From: Catajapyx aquilonaris
Lineage: Eukaryota
Direction of reading: 5' to 3'
Assembly (NCBI GenBank): GCA_000934665.2
Contig: JYFJ02000239.1
Location: forward strand, 1-64,000
Length of the DNA: 64,000 bases
Shown here: positions 49,459 to 63,500 of the stretch, piece by piece
How positions within the stretch are numbered: the first letter of the stretch is position 1
Layout of the letters: each line of letters begins with the position of its first letter
Position numbers and translations under genes: made by a program
The notes under the pieces: generated by a model
The model's input: the letters and a program-made list of their open reading frames with translations, nothing else
Told to the model about the DNA's origin: nothing
Database searches by the model: none

Positions 49459-49817
49459 TAAAGGGACCTTGTCCAACAAAATCTTTCTCCAAATATGTTC
49501 ATTCCCAGATTCACAGTTTCAGCGCAGAGAGTAGGACATACATTGAGGAGATTAATTTTTGCTGTTAAATAATTAATTGTTATTGACAACAAGTTCATAT
49601 GAAGGACAGACTCCTGGGCCTTTGCTTCCTGAATGTAATTTTTGGATGGAATGTTTTGGACCAGAGATGCCAAGAAAGAATGTTTTAACTACATCATTTA
49701 CCTGCACTCGGTGCACTGCATCCCACACGCTGCACAGCAAACAGCACTCGGATCAGACCGAACTCGGGTCAACTTGTGGCATCCTTGTAATTTCACATTA
49801 AGCCAACCATCACGCTA

Positions 49818-50030
49818 CAGTGGGGAATACAAAAGGACGATCCGCCGTCATCGGTTTGTTTACAAACTCCTAGTCAACGGAAATCTGCCTCACGCACCTC
49901 TGGAACCTTCCTGCTTCCATGGAGATGTCCTCACAACAATTGGTCCAGAGGTGCGTTTGGGAGATTTCCGTTGACTAGGAGTCGGTAAACAAAACGATGA
50001 CATCCGATCGTCCTTTCGTTTCCCACACCG
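49818..50030. mobile_element. Tc1/mariner(pogo)-like foldback MITE with TA TSD
   Basis: TA|CAGTGGGGAATACAAAAGGACGATC...GATCGTCCTTTCGTTTCCCACACCG|TA; the internal ACTCCTAGTCAACGGAAATCT is mirrored exactly. Confidence 0.85.
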
Positions 50031-50080
50031 TAAATACCTCATTTTCAATTGAACGAACTAGACATTGCTTTTCGTCACTT

Positions 50081-50086
50081 TTTATT
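50081..50086 (-). terminator. Candidate polyadenylation signal of DIS3L2
   Basis: AATAAA on the minus strand about 780 nt past the stop, after a U-rich 3' UTR; another at 50170-50175. Confidence 0.4.
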
Positions 50087-50857
50087 CCAATACATGAAAA
50101 ATAAGCTGGAACATAAAATTAACAGCAACAAGTGTTTGGCGTCTAATTATTGCTGTGTCATTTGTCATTTTTATTAAATTAATGCGTTTCAAGAGGCAAG
50201 TCACTACAGTAGAATATGTGAAATATATCAAACAAAATAAAATTCTCGGCCGTCGATTTCATCAGACATTTTCCTTATCCACTGGGTGTATCATATTTAA
50301 CCGGTACAAAAACATCAACGTGTTTACCCTATTCCACAAACTACTTTCCTCTTACAAATTTCAGCCTTGGGCTATATAAAATCCTTCCTTCTGACATGGA
50401 TTCCTCAAAGTCGCTTTAAGTACAATACAAAACAATCCCCATTTTTTTTCATGACATTTAACATTCACCCCCGAAAAATGTGTAGCAAAAGAAATAAAAA
50501 ACAACGGACGTCACAAGTTTCATATCAAGTCCCTGATGTGGTCAAAGTGTGGTCAAAAAACATACGACGACAGATGCTAAACGGCTTCTTGGAGGAGGTT
50601 CTACTCACAGTAACAAAAGAACATTTAATATCACACATTTCAATACTGAGACCCAGTTCCCAAAACCACTCCCAGAAAAAAACAAGCAACCAAAAAAAAA
50701 ACAACAGACTGGCTCAGACTCTTCTGACATGATCCAATTCTCCACAACTTAAAAAACCTGGCAGGAAACTGCAAAAAACGTGGCCAAGGCACCACTGAAC
50801 ACTCCCAAAAATTCCTACCCCTTGATATTCAGAGTGTAAGTAAGGCTTCTCGCCTCA

Positions 50858-53800
50858 TCATGTGACAGACACTTCGGAGTTGGGCGGGACTGTAACTGGC
50901 TTAGGCCTCAGGAGTTCCACGTTGAACTTGGTTGGATCCTTGTGGGCAGTCAATCTGACGTGAACCACCGCGAAAATATTTAAGACCTGTCTCCGCTCTA
51001 TGGGGTCGTCCTCGGATGGCCGCCACGTGAGCTTCAGGCTCTCTGTGCCTCCGTCAGAGTCAAACTCGTATGATGCGGGTATACACTGGAAGTTAAAGAA
51101 TATCAATTAGATGCTCGTCAACATTGTGTAGTGTGAGGACGTACATTCACATATAGCCTTCTAATGGCCCCCAGCCTTGAGATGAGCACGTCGCATGAGT
51201 AGTCCTTCACATCCATGATCATGGCCACCTCGTCAACCGGCTCACAGCTGCGAACGTACTGGGCTAGGAAGAGGTCAGAACTAAGATCCTGCACCACCTT
51301 GGAGGCCAGCTTCTTCTTGTTGCAGTGATCTGCCGTCTGCTTCACTTTTCCTTTAATCCAGGCAGGACGGGGTTCGAGACCCAAGGAGGCGGCCAGCAAG
51401 CGATGGACCATTACGTCAGCATAACGCCGGATCGGGGAGGTGAAGTGGGTGTACAGCGGGACACTCAGGGCGTAGTGAGCATATTGGTCACGATTCTCAA
51501 CCGAACCAGAGCAGAAGTATTTGGCACACTGGTGGCGAGAAAAGTGCATGGAATTAGCACCAGAAATCATCAGAAAAATTATCATCAAGTGTATGAACAG
51601 ATTAAATGACATTCATAAAATAATAACAAATGAACTCAAGTTACCTGCATGGCCTTTGAGCAGATATGAACAAGAACAAGCTTCATGCCCTGCGCAAAGG
51701 GGTTGCCTGGATCAGAGCCGTATTTTTCGAGAGAGCGCTGCAGTGCCCCTGAGCTGCTAACATCAATGTGAATTCCAAGACAGGACAGCATCTCGGAGGC
51801 CTCCACCAGCAAACTCTCGTGAGGAGGCGGATGGCACCGAAGAAATGCAATCTGCGGGAAGGTGGACACTATCTTCCTGGCCACGCTCTGGTTCGCTAGC
51901 AGCATGAACTCCTCAATCAGTCGATGACTGGCTGTGTGCTCGTAGGTGCAGAACCCTACAGGAAGACCCGTCTGGCCGTCTAGGGCAAAGGACAGCTTGG
52001 GCTGGTCCAGGCGGAGGGCACCATCCTTGAAGCGTCCGCGACGAAGGTGCTCAGCCATGCCATTTAATGTGTTCACAATTACTGATAAGGAAGCTGGTGT
52101 GTAAGGGCCATGGATAGGCGGATGTTCAGATGGAGACCATTCCTTGTTGGGGTCATCTATCATTAGCTAAAGAGAGTTGAGATAAAGCAGTTATGAGTGA
52201 AGAACACTTTTCCCTTAAAAGTGCATGCGGCAGCTACTTTTCAACCCACCTGGGCATGCTCGTAAGCCATCTTTGTGCATGATCTTATGACACTCCTCCC
52301 AAACCACTCATCTTTAATTTCTCCTTTACTAGTTAGTTTCCACACGACTGACATCGTCATTTTGTCTTCTCCTGCGTGTAGCGAGCACAGATCTGTGCAC
52401 AGAGTGGCTGGCAGCATGGGGATCATCTTCTGTACCACATACACACTAGTGGCTCTCGATGCTGCCACCTGGTCTAGTGCAGTTCCCTCTTTGATGAAGT
52501 ATGAAACGTCAGCTATGTGGACCCCAACTTCAAATGTTCCGTCTGGAAGTGGCCGACATGACACTGCATCATCCAAGTCCCGTGCAGTCAGTGGGTCAAT
52601 GGTGAACACGCATTCGTCCCGAAAGTCCCGCCTTCTGGCCAACTCCTCAGCAGAAATAGTGTATGGCACCTGGTAATAGATCGAAACAAGATCGTGATTA
52701 TAATGAAAGCAATTCAACCATCAGCAACCAATGAGACAGAAAAATCTTACCGGTGGGAGGCACTGCAGCACCTCCTCCTTAAAAGGGCTCTCGTCCACAT
52801 CATTTTCAGCCAGTATGGCCTGCGTCAGCACCTCAACCTCGTTCTCATTCCCCAAGCACCTCACCAGCTGCCCGATGGCAAACCCAGTCTCATTCCATTT
52901 GGCCACTTTGGCCACAAACAACATTTCTGCGTAGTCGTTTGGGTTTTCTGCAAAGTGGTCTGGGAGCTCCTCCGAAGGAATGCGCATTCGGGGCACGCGG
53001 TGGTCCCTGGGTGAAAACAGGGCCCACCGAGGACTCCCATCAGCCATGGGTCGCAAGTGTCCTGCACCACACATCGGGTGGCATCGATCTTTCAAGTACA
53101 CCACGGTTGCAGTTCGTTGCACAAATCGTAGCCACTGTGGGTGCTGCAAGACCTGCACCAGGCTGAATTCAATGGCACCTTCCCGCGGACCATTTTTTTC
53201 TGCTGGCTTCTTTTTCTTGTCACGCTTCTTCCGGTTTAGTGGGTTAGTGTGGTTATTATTATTCCCTCCTCTCTCTGGGTGGTCAACCTTATGTGCATTC
53301 AGTTTTGCATCATTTTGCACGGGGACGTCTGGTACCACAGGCCACCCGGTGGGCTGATCCTTTGGTGGAGCCTTCTTGCCCCATCCCCTTATGTTGGCCC
53401 GGGAGAACTCGCGGTCCTCTGAAACTTGGTCTAAATCCACTGTGATACTGTCCACACTCCCGTCATCATCGTCATCTACACTCTCCGCCTCACTTAGCTC
53501 ATGTGGTGCCACTACGATCTTCTCCTTCTCCTCTTTCTTACCATTGCTTTCCGCTGCTTCTCTGGATTTCCACTCTCTCTTCAGTGACTCAGTCAATCCA
53601 TCCATCCCAATCAAAACGATTGAGTCGGGTGGGCGGAATGTAAGTGCTGAATCAATCTGCGCGGTCAGCTCTTCCGTCTCTCCCTCTTCCACCGTTTGCA
53701 TCCTCTTCTTGTTCCGCCCCGGACGCCTCTTCCCTCGCCTTCGTCTCCGATTCTTCTTACCTGCACCTTCTTCCTCCGCAACCTCTTCCTCCTCCTCATC

Positions 53801-56800
53801 CTCCTCCTTCACTTCCTTCCTTTGCTCCTCAGTCCAAATTCCAATCTCAAATACATCCTTGTTTGCTTCCTTGACCTCACCATCTACTTTGTCTTCCTCA
53901 GTATCTACTTTGTCCTCCTCAGCATCTGCCTTGTCCTCCTCAGCATCTACTTTGTCCTCCTCAGCATCCTCTTTTTCAACCTCTTCTTTAGTCTCTTCAG
54001 GGATGGCGGCTGCCACATTCTTGCTCTCCTCTGCCTTCGTATGAACTTTTGCATCTGTCATGAGCAGTCTCTTGTCCTCCTCCGTGCCGAATCTATCCAA
54101 GTACAACCTAACGTTCTCGTGCAAAACCTTTGAAATGAAAAGACGAATTAAATGACATTTTCGGTACATTACAACATTTTCCTCAAATTACAAGCTGCTG
54201 AGAAGGATGGGGACATGGATCCATGGGCATGGTGAGAAATGGTCTAAAGGCCATTTCACAAAAAAAAAATCGCGCGGCAAACGGCGCGCGTTGCGGCATA
54301 TTTGTCGTGGGGCATATTATTGCCAATAATTAATAATAATTGGCGGGGCACGCGTTTTCCGCTTGACGCTGCCGCAAAATCTTTTTGTGTTTTGGCCTTA
54401 ATGGAAGTAGTTCAGATCGTCTTATCTCATAAAAGGTACAGTAATGCAAACTGTCAGCCTTGGCTTTGACTCCCCAGTTATAACGTGCTACTGAGAATCA
54501 GATGCGATAAAAATATTCGTTACATAAGGGGTGTGAAGGTGCATGGTACACCATGACTAATAGGGAGTGTCAAAAGGGGATCACAACAGTCTTACATAAT
54601 TTGAGAGACCATTTGCAGGTGACATTTGTAGCATACCTTCCACTGCATATTTGTCTTCAATTTGACCACCACCACATCGCCATGGAGGGCTCTGTTGCGC
54701 TCACGTACTCCTCCAATATAAATGTCCGTCTGCCCGTCCTGAAGAGGTCAAGAATACCAACTCAAACATGAACTAACCCTGGGATGACAGAAGTCAAGAT
54801 TGCTCCACTGTTGGCATAGCTCAAGTGATCAAAAATTTAATAAATCCACATTCTCATCCAATAGTGGTCTAATGCACGAATCCACTACACTTGACGAAAT
54901 TTGTTTTAAGATTTTGAGTTGAATGTTTTGAAGCTGTGACTACTCACTATTGGTGAAAATGAACCAAACAGTGAATTGAAATCAACAGAAAAGACAAGAA
55001 GCAGTGAAGGATGGACAAAAAATAAAATAAAAACAGCGACACGAAATAAGAACCACCCCCATCATTAAAAAAAGATTCAGACAAAACAGAGAGTGAAGAT
55101 GGGAAGAATGTGTAGATAAACATTAGACCGACATTGCTGAAAATGCAATATACCAAGAATTACCGGCGCGCTGATATACGCATCTTCGAAGTTCTTGGGG
55201 TTGATGCGCAACACGCCCTGCAAAGAAACACACATAAGACTATGTTCTGTTGAAGCAACACTAAAGAATTCAATACCTCAAGCAGTTCGCCTTTCTTGAG
55301 CCCTTGCTGCACCTCAGACAAAGTGAGGTACTGATCAAACTGAACTTCACGCCGGGAGGAGGAGCGGCTGCTGCCGCTGCTTCCAGAGGCATTCTTCTTG
55401 CGCCCAGAGCGTGAGAGGCCCTCGCTTGAGCCACTGTAACGAGCAAACATATTCATTGCAATAAGCACAACAAATTAAGACATCTGTTTCCTCAGAAACT
55501 ACCAACAGATTCTAATCCGCAATATTAGTCGTGGCAGCAGCATTCCCTATAACTAGTCGACAGCCAGTAATTATTTACCTCACTCTTTTATTAGTGGCTT
55601 GCAAGGTCAGTTTAACCTCTGAGTGACGTTGGGTTCGTTCTTCAATTACTTGGGGCACCCAAGTGAAAGGTTCTACTGCTATTACATGTCACGTGTTTGG
55701 TAACATGGAAGCCTAACCCCTTGGTAGCTTAGAAGGAAAATCACTCTTGGGAAATTCTGCACAAATTTGCAAAAACCAACCCATGGGAAATCTAGAGGTT
55801 TTTAAAAAAACCAACAGCTCTCAACGTCACTTCTCTGATGCACATCCATGCACTGTAACAGCATTTGGCTATGCTTATAGCTACAGTGCTACCGAGTCCA
55901 CAATATAATGGAAATATGCAGGCACGTAATTTTCCGCATTTAACAAGTTTCCATCATAATATGCAACACAAACATTGAACATCATCCTGGACTAAACCAC
56001 ATTATCCATTGTTTCTGCAATTTTTATTCATGTGATGAACAACTCTCAGATTATACTGCTCCTTATGTTACAAAGAAATACTTGCTGGCATCTCGCCCGC
56101 ATCCATTTTATGATCTTCAAACACATGGCTAATTTTATGTATATGCAAACCCATGCAAGTCGTCATATTGACAGGAAACACACACTACACAAAACCGCCT
56201 ACTTTTTCAGTTGCAATTTTCTCTTCGACCTCCAAGCAGGTGTAATACCATGCATCTCGACACACCACTGCAGCCCTCTCCCTCCAAGTATACTAATCTG
56301 AAGACCTTCGCCTTGACCTTCAACTCTATTTCACCACCAACCACCACGTCACCGCATCATGTCTCGCCAATAAAACCCATTTGCACTGAATATGAACGCG
56401 ATTAAACCATCGCTGCATCCAAACAGTCAAGGATGACCGGTTATCCGCCTCCATACCATACGACCCATTGCGTCACAGATATTGTTTCATCATTTACATA
56501 GCCTCATTAGCATTTGTGTATACACACTTGTCAGCTGGACATTGTAGGTGGCCATCTTGTCGCAAAAGGCGTCTCTGCTCACCTCACCTGGTGACCTCGA
56601 CCTTTAAAACACCATACGACGGTTTTGGCCGTCACGCTTCAGGATTTTCTTTCGCGCCTTCGCCTACAATCTTGAGGCCGCCCAGGGACACATTTTTACT
56701 CGTTAATGAAATGCTTTTGTGGTTTCGCCGCCAAGTGTTGCGGAGGAACAGTTTGGTTCGCCCCCCAGACGATGCATCTTCCTGGAGTGTGCCATGCCCT

Positions 56801-59800
56801 GGGTGTGACATCGCCTATTTATTCACCGCAGCAGAATTTTTCGTCGGGCCAAAAAAATCGTGTTGGGGAAAACTGCAGCGACAATAGAGGAATAATAAGG
56901 CGAAACCATATGCCCAATAAATATTTATAACCGGAGAAAATTTTAGCGTGACGCAATTTATACAGAGGCCATTGCGAAACTTTTGGTTGGTTATGCGTGC
57001 ATCTAATTATTATGGCGGCCGTTAACAAGTAAATCATCACAATGCGACAAGGATTGAACCCGGAAAGCGTCGTGAGAATCTAATATTGTTCCGACTATCA
57101 ACAGGAAGTGTCTTATTCCCACGTATATAAAATCTATTGTCTAATTCTATCGGAATTATCGGCGCTAAGTTAGCATTTCCACATCGTTTCCTCCGCCCCC
57201 CGTTTACGAGGCCCCGAATCTTAATTAACACCTTACGTTTGTTCAGCAATCAAGGAGAATCATAACGGGAGCTCTTGGGAGAGCTTTCATTAATTTCACC
57301 GTTACTTTTAACATGTAAGGTGACAATTTACTATACAGCACACATCTTCACCTTCCTCATCACGGAACCCTGCTTTCCACCACATACACGCCAGTAAAAC
57401 AAGACAATGCACACAATATCTCAGACGTATCTTCAGTTAAATTTTCTCCCGAAACTATTAAAATTAACAAGCACAAGTATTGGTCTCCATCGCTTTCTCA
57501 GCATCATTCGCCCAGAAATAACACACGTGTCCATCCCACTTTTACATGCGTGACACACGAGGGACATCAGGGAGCCATATACTGTCACTGGCATCATCTC
57601 AAAACGTCCCATTTCCTGTTCATTCAACTAGTGACTCCGAAGGTCGCCATGCATTTCTATTCCAGTAGTTGAAGAGTGCTGTACCGTCACTAAAGAGGCC
57701 AAAGTGGAGGAAGGTACCGCCAGTGAAAGAATAAAGCCACGACAATGGTCACGCACGGACGCACTTTCCTCTCTTGCTCAATTACGAGCACTTCATGCAT
57801 TTGTCCTGACACGTGCTGAGCAACCTATGCAGATTAGTCATCTGACTTTGGATTGTTGCAAAGTCAGCAAGAAATTGAAGGATCATCCCCTTTTGTTCCT
57901 CATAAAGGTCATACGATTTATTACAATTAGGCTCAATTGTTTGTGTTTCCAACGTCAAAATCCAGGTATAGCATTATCATACAAAAGCTGCTTACCCTTG
58001 CATGTAGTTGTATATCGAAATCGTCTGTGCATGAAGGTCAAAATTTTTATCGAATTCGTACCTAAGTCAGTTGTAAACCTGAAAGTCCAGTGTAATACCG
58101 TAAGCCTGACTTGGCCAAAAAAAAATAATCGCAAAAGCTAACATTCAATTACTTCACCCGTTCCTCAGACTATAGACTTTTACAGTTATGTTCACCTAAC
58201 AAGATAAAACTCTTCCTATGTCGGTTTCTTCCCAGTTTCTTAAGAGGTTTTCCTTGCAAAATTAAAACCCTCCCTTGAACTTCCGGCAACAAGTCAGCCC
58301 AGCTTGCTGCTAGGCTGTAAAATACTCACTCCGGTAATCATAGTTGTACACAGTCGGGGCCATTATACTCCAAAAGTAATTACCGCGTCTCCGAGACAAA
58401 CTTCTAACCTTGACTGAGTCTTATTACACCTGGTCCAGCCATGAATGGTCACGTATGGTATATGAAACAGGGAAAATGCCGACCGTTTTTTCCCCCACTC
58501 AAGTACTGTGCAAAAGTAATCACCATTGCACAATTGTGGCCTGTTACATAAAGCTAGAAGACCGCACGATAACGCCTGCGAATAGAGGAAGTTACATCTC
58601 CGTTCGGGACGCCCACACAGTGCAAGAAAACTAATTATTTAAACCCTTATTTGGAACGGAAAACCCATAATTTATTTTTTATAACTATTTTACTTTTGTG
58701 TATCCAGGACGGGAAAGTTTCCCGACATTATATCCCGACAAGTTTCTACTCGTAAGCTGACACATGTTACAAATTATATAAACAAATGGTCGCAATTTTT
58801 AGAAGTATTACCTGAAACAAAACCTTGACCTCCTTGCCAGCAGGGTCAATGTATAGTGAAGTCTATATGCGAGTAACAGGGCGGAACTGGGACTTTCATT
58901 AGACCTGTTTCCAAGGTGCAACAACACAGATATGTGAATCACAAACAGGTCCTTTCTTTTGAAAATGTGGCATCATTTATACCAAGATATTGGCACAGAG
59001 GTGTCTGTCGTATGTGATGATGTATTGATGTTACGCTTTGCAACCAACAGTTCTTGTAAGAACCACTGGCGCGTGCAATTTTAAGAATGTGACAAGTGTT
59101 GCTATCACATCCGGTGAAAATGTAACAATGTGTAAGGCCATGCCTTGTCACCTCGGATTGCTCAACCGCTCTCCAGCAAGGTGGAGAAACCTTTATTTTC
59201 GTGTCATACACTGGATGTCTCATTTCAAGGCAGTTAGAAGACCAGTGTTATCAGTCAGAACAGGAGAAAACTTTCCATAGCTTTATAACGGTGTCTAACC
59301 TTCGAAGTCTGGTGTCTCATGTTGTTTACTGGCATTTTCCTGGCCTTCATAAACCCTGTAGTCTAACATGCTTTTCTCCCTTATCCAGTCGAAGCTACCT
59401 CAAAGCCGTAACAGCAAAGCACACATGAAGTAGTCAAAGCGTCTCTTAGCGCAGAATATAGTATAGTATCTGGTTATGACCTTCACCCTTTTATATTTAT
59501 TGGTATGTATCCTTCTTCCTCACTGCACATTCACAGGTAAGGCATTTATGCAATAGCAACGCTAACCAAATGTGAAGGATATTATTGAAAGAAAGCATTG
59601 TCTTCACTTCTGGTCTCTGAGAACATGGCCTCCGGAATATTGCCATACATGGGATTTTTACAAGGCTAAATTCATAAATTCAATGAACGTAGCATACAAA
59701 ACAATCAGCAACCTGGAACTAGCATTGTCGCATAGCACAATTCAAAAATATCCTTCACATTTGGTTAGTGTCACTATAAGGCCCATCAATATCACGTGAA

Positions 59801-60569
59801 TATTATCCATTCACGTAATTATGTAACTCTGTCAATGTCAGCAACAAATGATGAAAAAAGCAGCAATGGATAATAATCCGTAGTTACACATGTTTTGCAT
59901 GAGCTAGAACGTGACAGATGAACGTTCAATGACTATGCCATAATTGAACATAATTTTGCACATCTGCCTAGACACTTCCTATAAAAATTGAGACTGGCAT
60001 TAAATGACTCTACATCCAAATCTCTTGCCCTATTCCCAGCAAATCAAGTGGTATGAAACTTACCCCAAGCGAGCCCTCTCGAAGCTCCCACTATCCAGTG
60101 ACCTGCTCTTGACACTGTCTCCGGATGGGGTCTTTCGCCTGGCACCTGGACCCAGAGCCACCCTCATCCCTCCTGAGTCGGTGTCACTGGACGGTGTCAG
60201 TAGTGCTCTGGTGGGCGTACTGCCTCTGCTGCTCCCTCCACCCAGAGACATAGGGGCAGATGCGGGGGCAGGGCTCCTCCTGCGTGCGGGACTGGCCCGG
60301 ACATTGCCTGCAGAGCTCACCCGCTGACCAGCGAGGCTCTTGGCGCCAGTGCCAGAGAACGCACTCCCCCCTCTCCCAGAGGAAGGGGCGGGGGAGGGGG
60401 CAGTCTCCCCAGATGTGGACCTGGAGCGTACACTACGATCCAAGGAGGGAGGCTGCTGGGAGAGCTGCTGCCTCTGGGTGGCACCTCCCCGCCGGTCTGT
60501 CCCTCTGCGTGGGGATGAGGAAGCCCTGAGGGCAGCTCTAAATGACCCAGGGCCTTCTCCATCAGTCAT
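50858..60569 (-). CDS. DIS3L2: DIS3-like exonuclease 2 (RNase II/RNB family), about 1249 aa. Exons 60569-60064, 55433-55277, 55217-55164, 54738-54637, 54127-52751, 52669-52250, 52166-51645, 51528-51145, 51085-50858
   Basis: [71 protein letters not shown] (catalytic Asps), [62 protein letters not shown]. No PIN domain, which points to DIS3L2 rather than DIS3/DIS3L. All junctions in phase; the first coding exon is less certain. Confidence 0.93.
53881..53968 (-). repeat. Coding 21-nt minisatellite, about 4.2 copies (DAEEDKV-like heptads) in DIS3L2
   Basis: Plus-strand unit CATCTACTTTGTCCTCCTCAG at 53881, 53902, 53923 and 53944, with 0-2 changes per copy. Confidence 0.9.
54248..54398. mobile_element. 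Harbinger/Tourist-like MITE, TAA TSD, in a DIS3L2 intron
   Basis: TAA|AGGCCATTTCACAAAAA...TTTTTGTGTTTTGGCCT|TAA. Confidence 0.7.
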
Positions 60570-63500
60570 TTTATGCGGGATCCCGCACACACAATCTGGA
60601 ACTATAGAAAAGTGTGTCCTTTAGCCTAAGTGTCAGGAATTTATGAAAAACATGATATGTTTGTCAATACAGTTGTAATACAATTAATCTGGTAGAATCA
60701 AGCTAATACCTGCATCTGTTTGGTATATGAATGTCAGCCCTACAATCAATAGCATACCATGCCAGAATGCAGTTGTTTGCAGCCCTTAGATGAATGATAA
60801 TTACTGCTAACCCAATGGCATGCAACACACCATCCTCTGAAATGTCAAATGGATTTCATAATTCTTATTGTCCTATAAATTCTAGAATAAACTGGTAATG
60901 TACACTCCCAGTCTCTCAAATGCAGCCGATGCAGTCCTCTTACAATACTCAATTGTACACCTCGATTAACTACAAAAATGATTGGGCGAAGTACCAAGTC
61001 ATTCTTGATATGTGATGGTCACTTTGTTGTAACTATCTTCTCAGGAAACATTGCATTGACTTCTTTGCAACCCACTAACGATTGAATAAAAATTCTTCTG
61101 GCACCACATCCTCCTAGGTTATACTGTATATATGCCATACACAACCAATTTCCAAAACACCACAGTTTCATGCTAATTGGAATGAAAAAAAATCTTCAAA
61201 ACCTTATTTGTTTTAAGTTGTTATCAATTGCCAATTTCCGCGAAGTTCCAACATTCCTGAATCCCCAATAAGCTCCTAACAACTTTTTGATGAAAAAGAA
61301 CACCTTTCCTTCCCACAATTATTCTAGACACGTATTTCGCGCTCATTACAACATCAGTATTCCATGCATCGTGACAAATATCCTTCCGCCACATTATCAG
61401 ACTAGAAACGTTAGTTCCTACACGTTACAAATGCTTCGTCCCTTGCACTTCAATTAAATGTTAACTCATACTCACGCAACATTAAGCCTGAACAAACTCC
61501 CCTGCTGCCTCCAGCACATGCACATTAACCCCAATTGCCTTCTCTTGAACTTTTTAAAAGGGTAAAGCGCTCCCGGACACGAAAACATATCCCTACATGA
61601 ACCCATACCGGAACTTCCCTACCGCTAAGCCTGCCTGTCCTTGTCAGTGTTGCAAAAATATTTTACACATGACTTCACCAAGGTTGAAAATACTGTTCAT
61701 ACCTGGTGGTCCCCTCCCAATTCATAAGGCGACGCGAAATTGTTACTCAGCAATAACATTTTATAATAACACGAGTGGTCAGGGATGTTAATGGTCAAAA
61801 CAAGCTAAATATTTCTCAGGGTTCTATACAGCTACCACCATGTACCGCCTAACAGGATCTTGAATATTATTAGCAAGGCCAATTGCGGGGGTGAGGTCAC
61901 TCCAACGGCAACCTGCTTAGACAAACACTGCCGCACGTGTGATTGTAGCATCCTCACGCATTCCTTTGTCCCCGATGCATCACCTGGTCAACGCCTCCCG
62001 AGCTGCATCCGCTGTAAAGGTCCACCCCCATTATTTTCGAGCAAAGGACCTCTGTTTTTTTTCCAGCATGCCCCCCAAAAAAGACCAGAATCCATCTTCA
62101 TTCCCAGACATTTTTTTCCGCCTTCTTCGTCTTGTGGAAGTGCTCGACAGATCTCTGAGTATAAACCCTAATGGAGGGTGATCCCCCTGAGGAAGAAACC
62201 CCCTCAAACCCTCATCTCGACGTTCCAAATCGAATTCGGACCAGGGGATCGACCCGCCTGCGCCACATCAGGTCTCGTCTACTTGTAAATCACTCCCAAA
62301 ATGCACGCTTCGACTGGTGCTAACGGAGAAGAAAACAATTACCAGGGGACATCCTACTGGTCCAGCCAACAATGATTCTGTGATTTACTCGAAATAAATT
62401 TTCAGACTCCTCTACACGTGTAAATTCCCAGCCTCATTGTTTCTCAAAACAAATGGAGTACCGCAATGCAGCATATTGCCTGAGACCCAACACACATTAT
62501 TGGATTACAGGTACTAAATCTTGATGGGGATTAGCCCACCCCGAGTTAAACAAGTTTCCAGCATGGTTCTGGAAGCTAGAACCTTCCGCTTCCTAAGTTT
62601 CACACACAAATATTTCAAGCTTTCTCACTTGGCATCAGGAAGGTGGACAAAATATGTCAACTCATTCTAGGGTTGACAGCGTGCCCGAGGTTACAAATGT
62701 AAGCGTGATAACCAGGTGATAGCGCTTGTTTGACCAATGTCACTCTGATAACCTGGAAAAAGGCGCCATAAATATTATCCAGGTCGGATGCCAGCAGTTC
62801 CATTGTATAAATCGCTTCTCTAGACTCTATTCACAATGATGCATTGTCCTCATCCGAAATAACGACACCGTCTCGATAAACCTAAAAAAATACTTTTTTC
62901 CGAAATGAAGCCGTGCCCCTTTCTCTTCCGGCACTTAAAAAGATCTCGCCAACACACGTAGCATTGTTGCTTTGTGAGAGAAACGATGTCACCCTGAGCG
63001 AATTGCCGGTCAAGTGCAATTGTGCCCAAAATCTAATTAATACTCTGATTACCACTTCCGCTTCCCATCGCCTTTTCTTTCTAATCCTGATTTACTTTCG
63101 CAAATGAAATCCACCAGTCCCTATGCATAATCAGGGCACTTCCTTCCGCTACGAGAAAAAGTCTGACTCCAAACTTTTTCCATCATCCAAAAAAGTCAAT
63201 TAGATCAATAAGCACCTCGTAACCCTGGGTAAATCTCAGAATTTCATTACGATACGCAACAGATGGCGCCTGGTTAACTCCAGGCAATCAGTGCCATCTC
63301 TACTTTACAAAATAAGGCGACGCAGCTCTTAATAGCAATCTGAAGCTTTGACGAGTGACCAGTATATACATTTCAGTACGCAACAGTGAGAGGCCGATGC
63401 TACGGAAACTTGTCTGTCCGTGACGGCATCGATCTTGCGACGCCAATGCAGACTTCCCCATAGCATCTTTTTCGACGAAAACATTCAATTCGGCGCAAAT

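Noticed and set aside
47539..50858. Functional link between the hairpin elements and neighbouring DIS3L2 as a dedicated RNA-decay system
   Set aside because: Similar MITEs occur across the window, and adjacency in a metazoan genome is no evidence of a shared pathway.
53881..53968. Regular repeats considered as a CRISPR array
   Set aside because: Contiguous coding tandem repeats without spacers, in a eukaryotic context with no cas genes.
52275..54133. Plus-strand ORFs, including the Ser-rich 53376-54044
   Set aside because: Antisense to low-complexity DIS3L2 coding sequence.
55579..56900. Minus-strand donors at 55579 and 56588 as alternative DIS3L2 coding exons
   Set aside because: An in-frame stop is reached before any ATG or phase-compatible acceptor.
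62218..62280. B-box-like GGGTCGATCCCC on the minus strand (tRNA/SINE?)
   Set aside because: No cloverleaf or convincing A-box.
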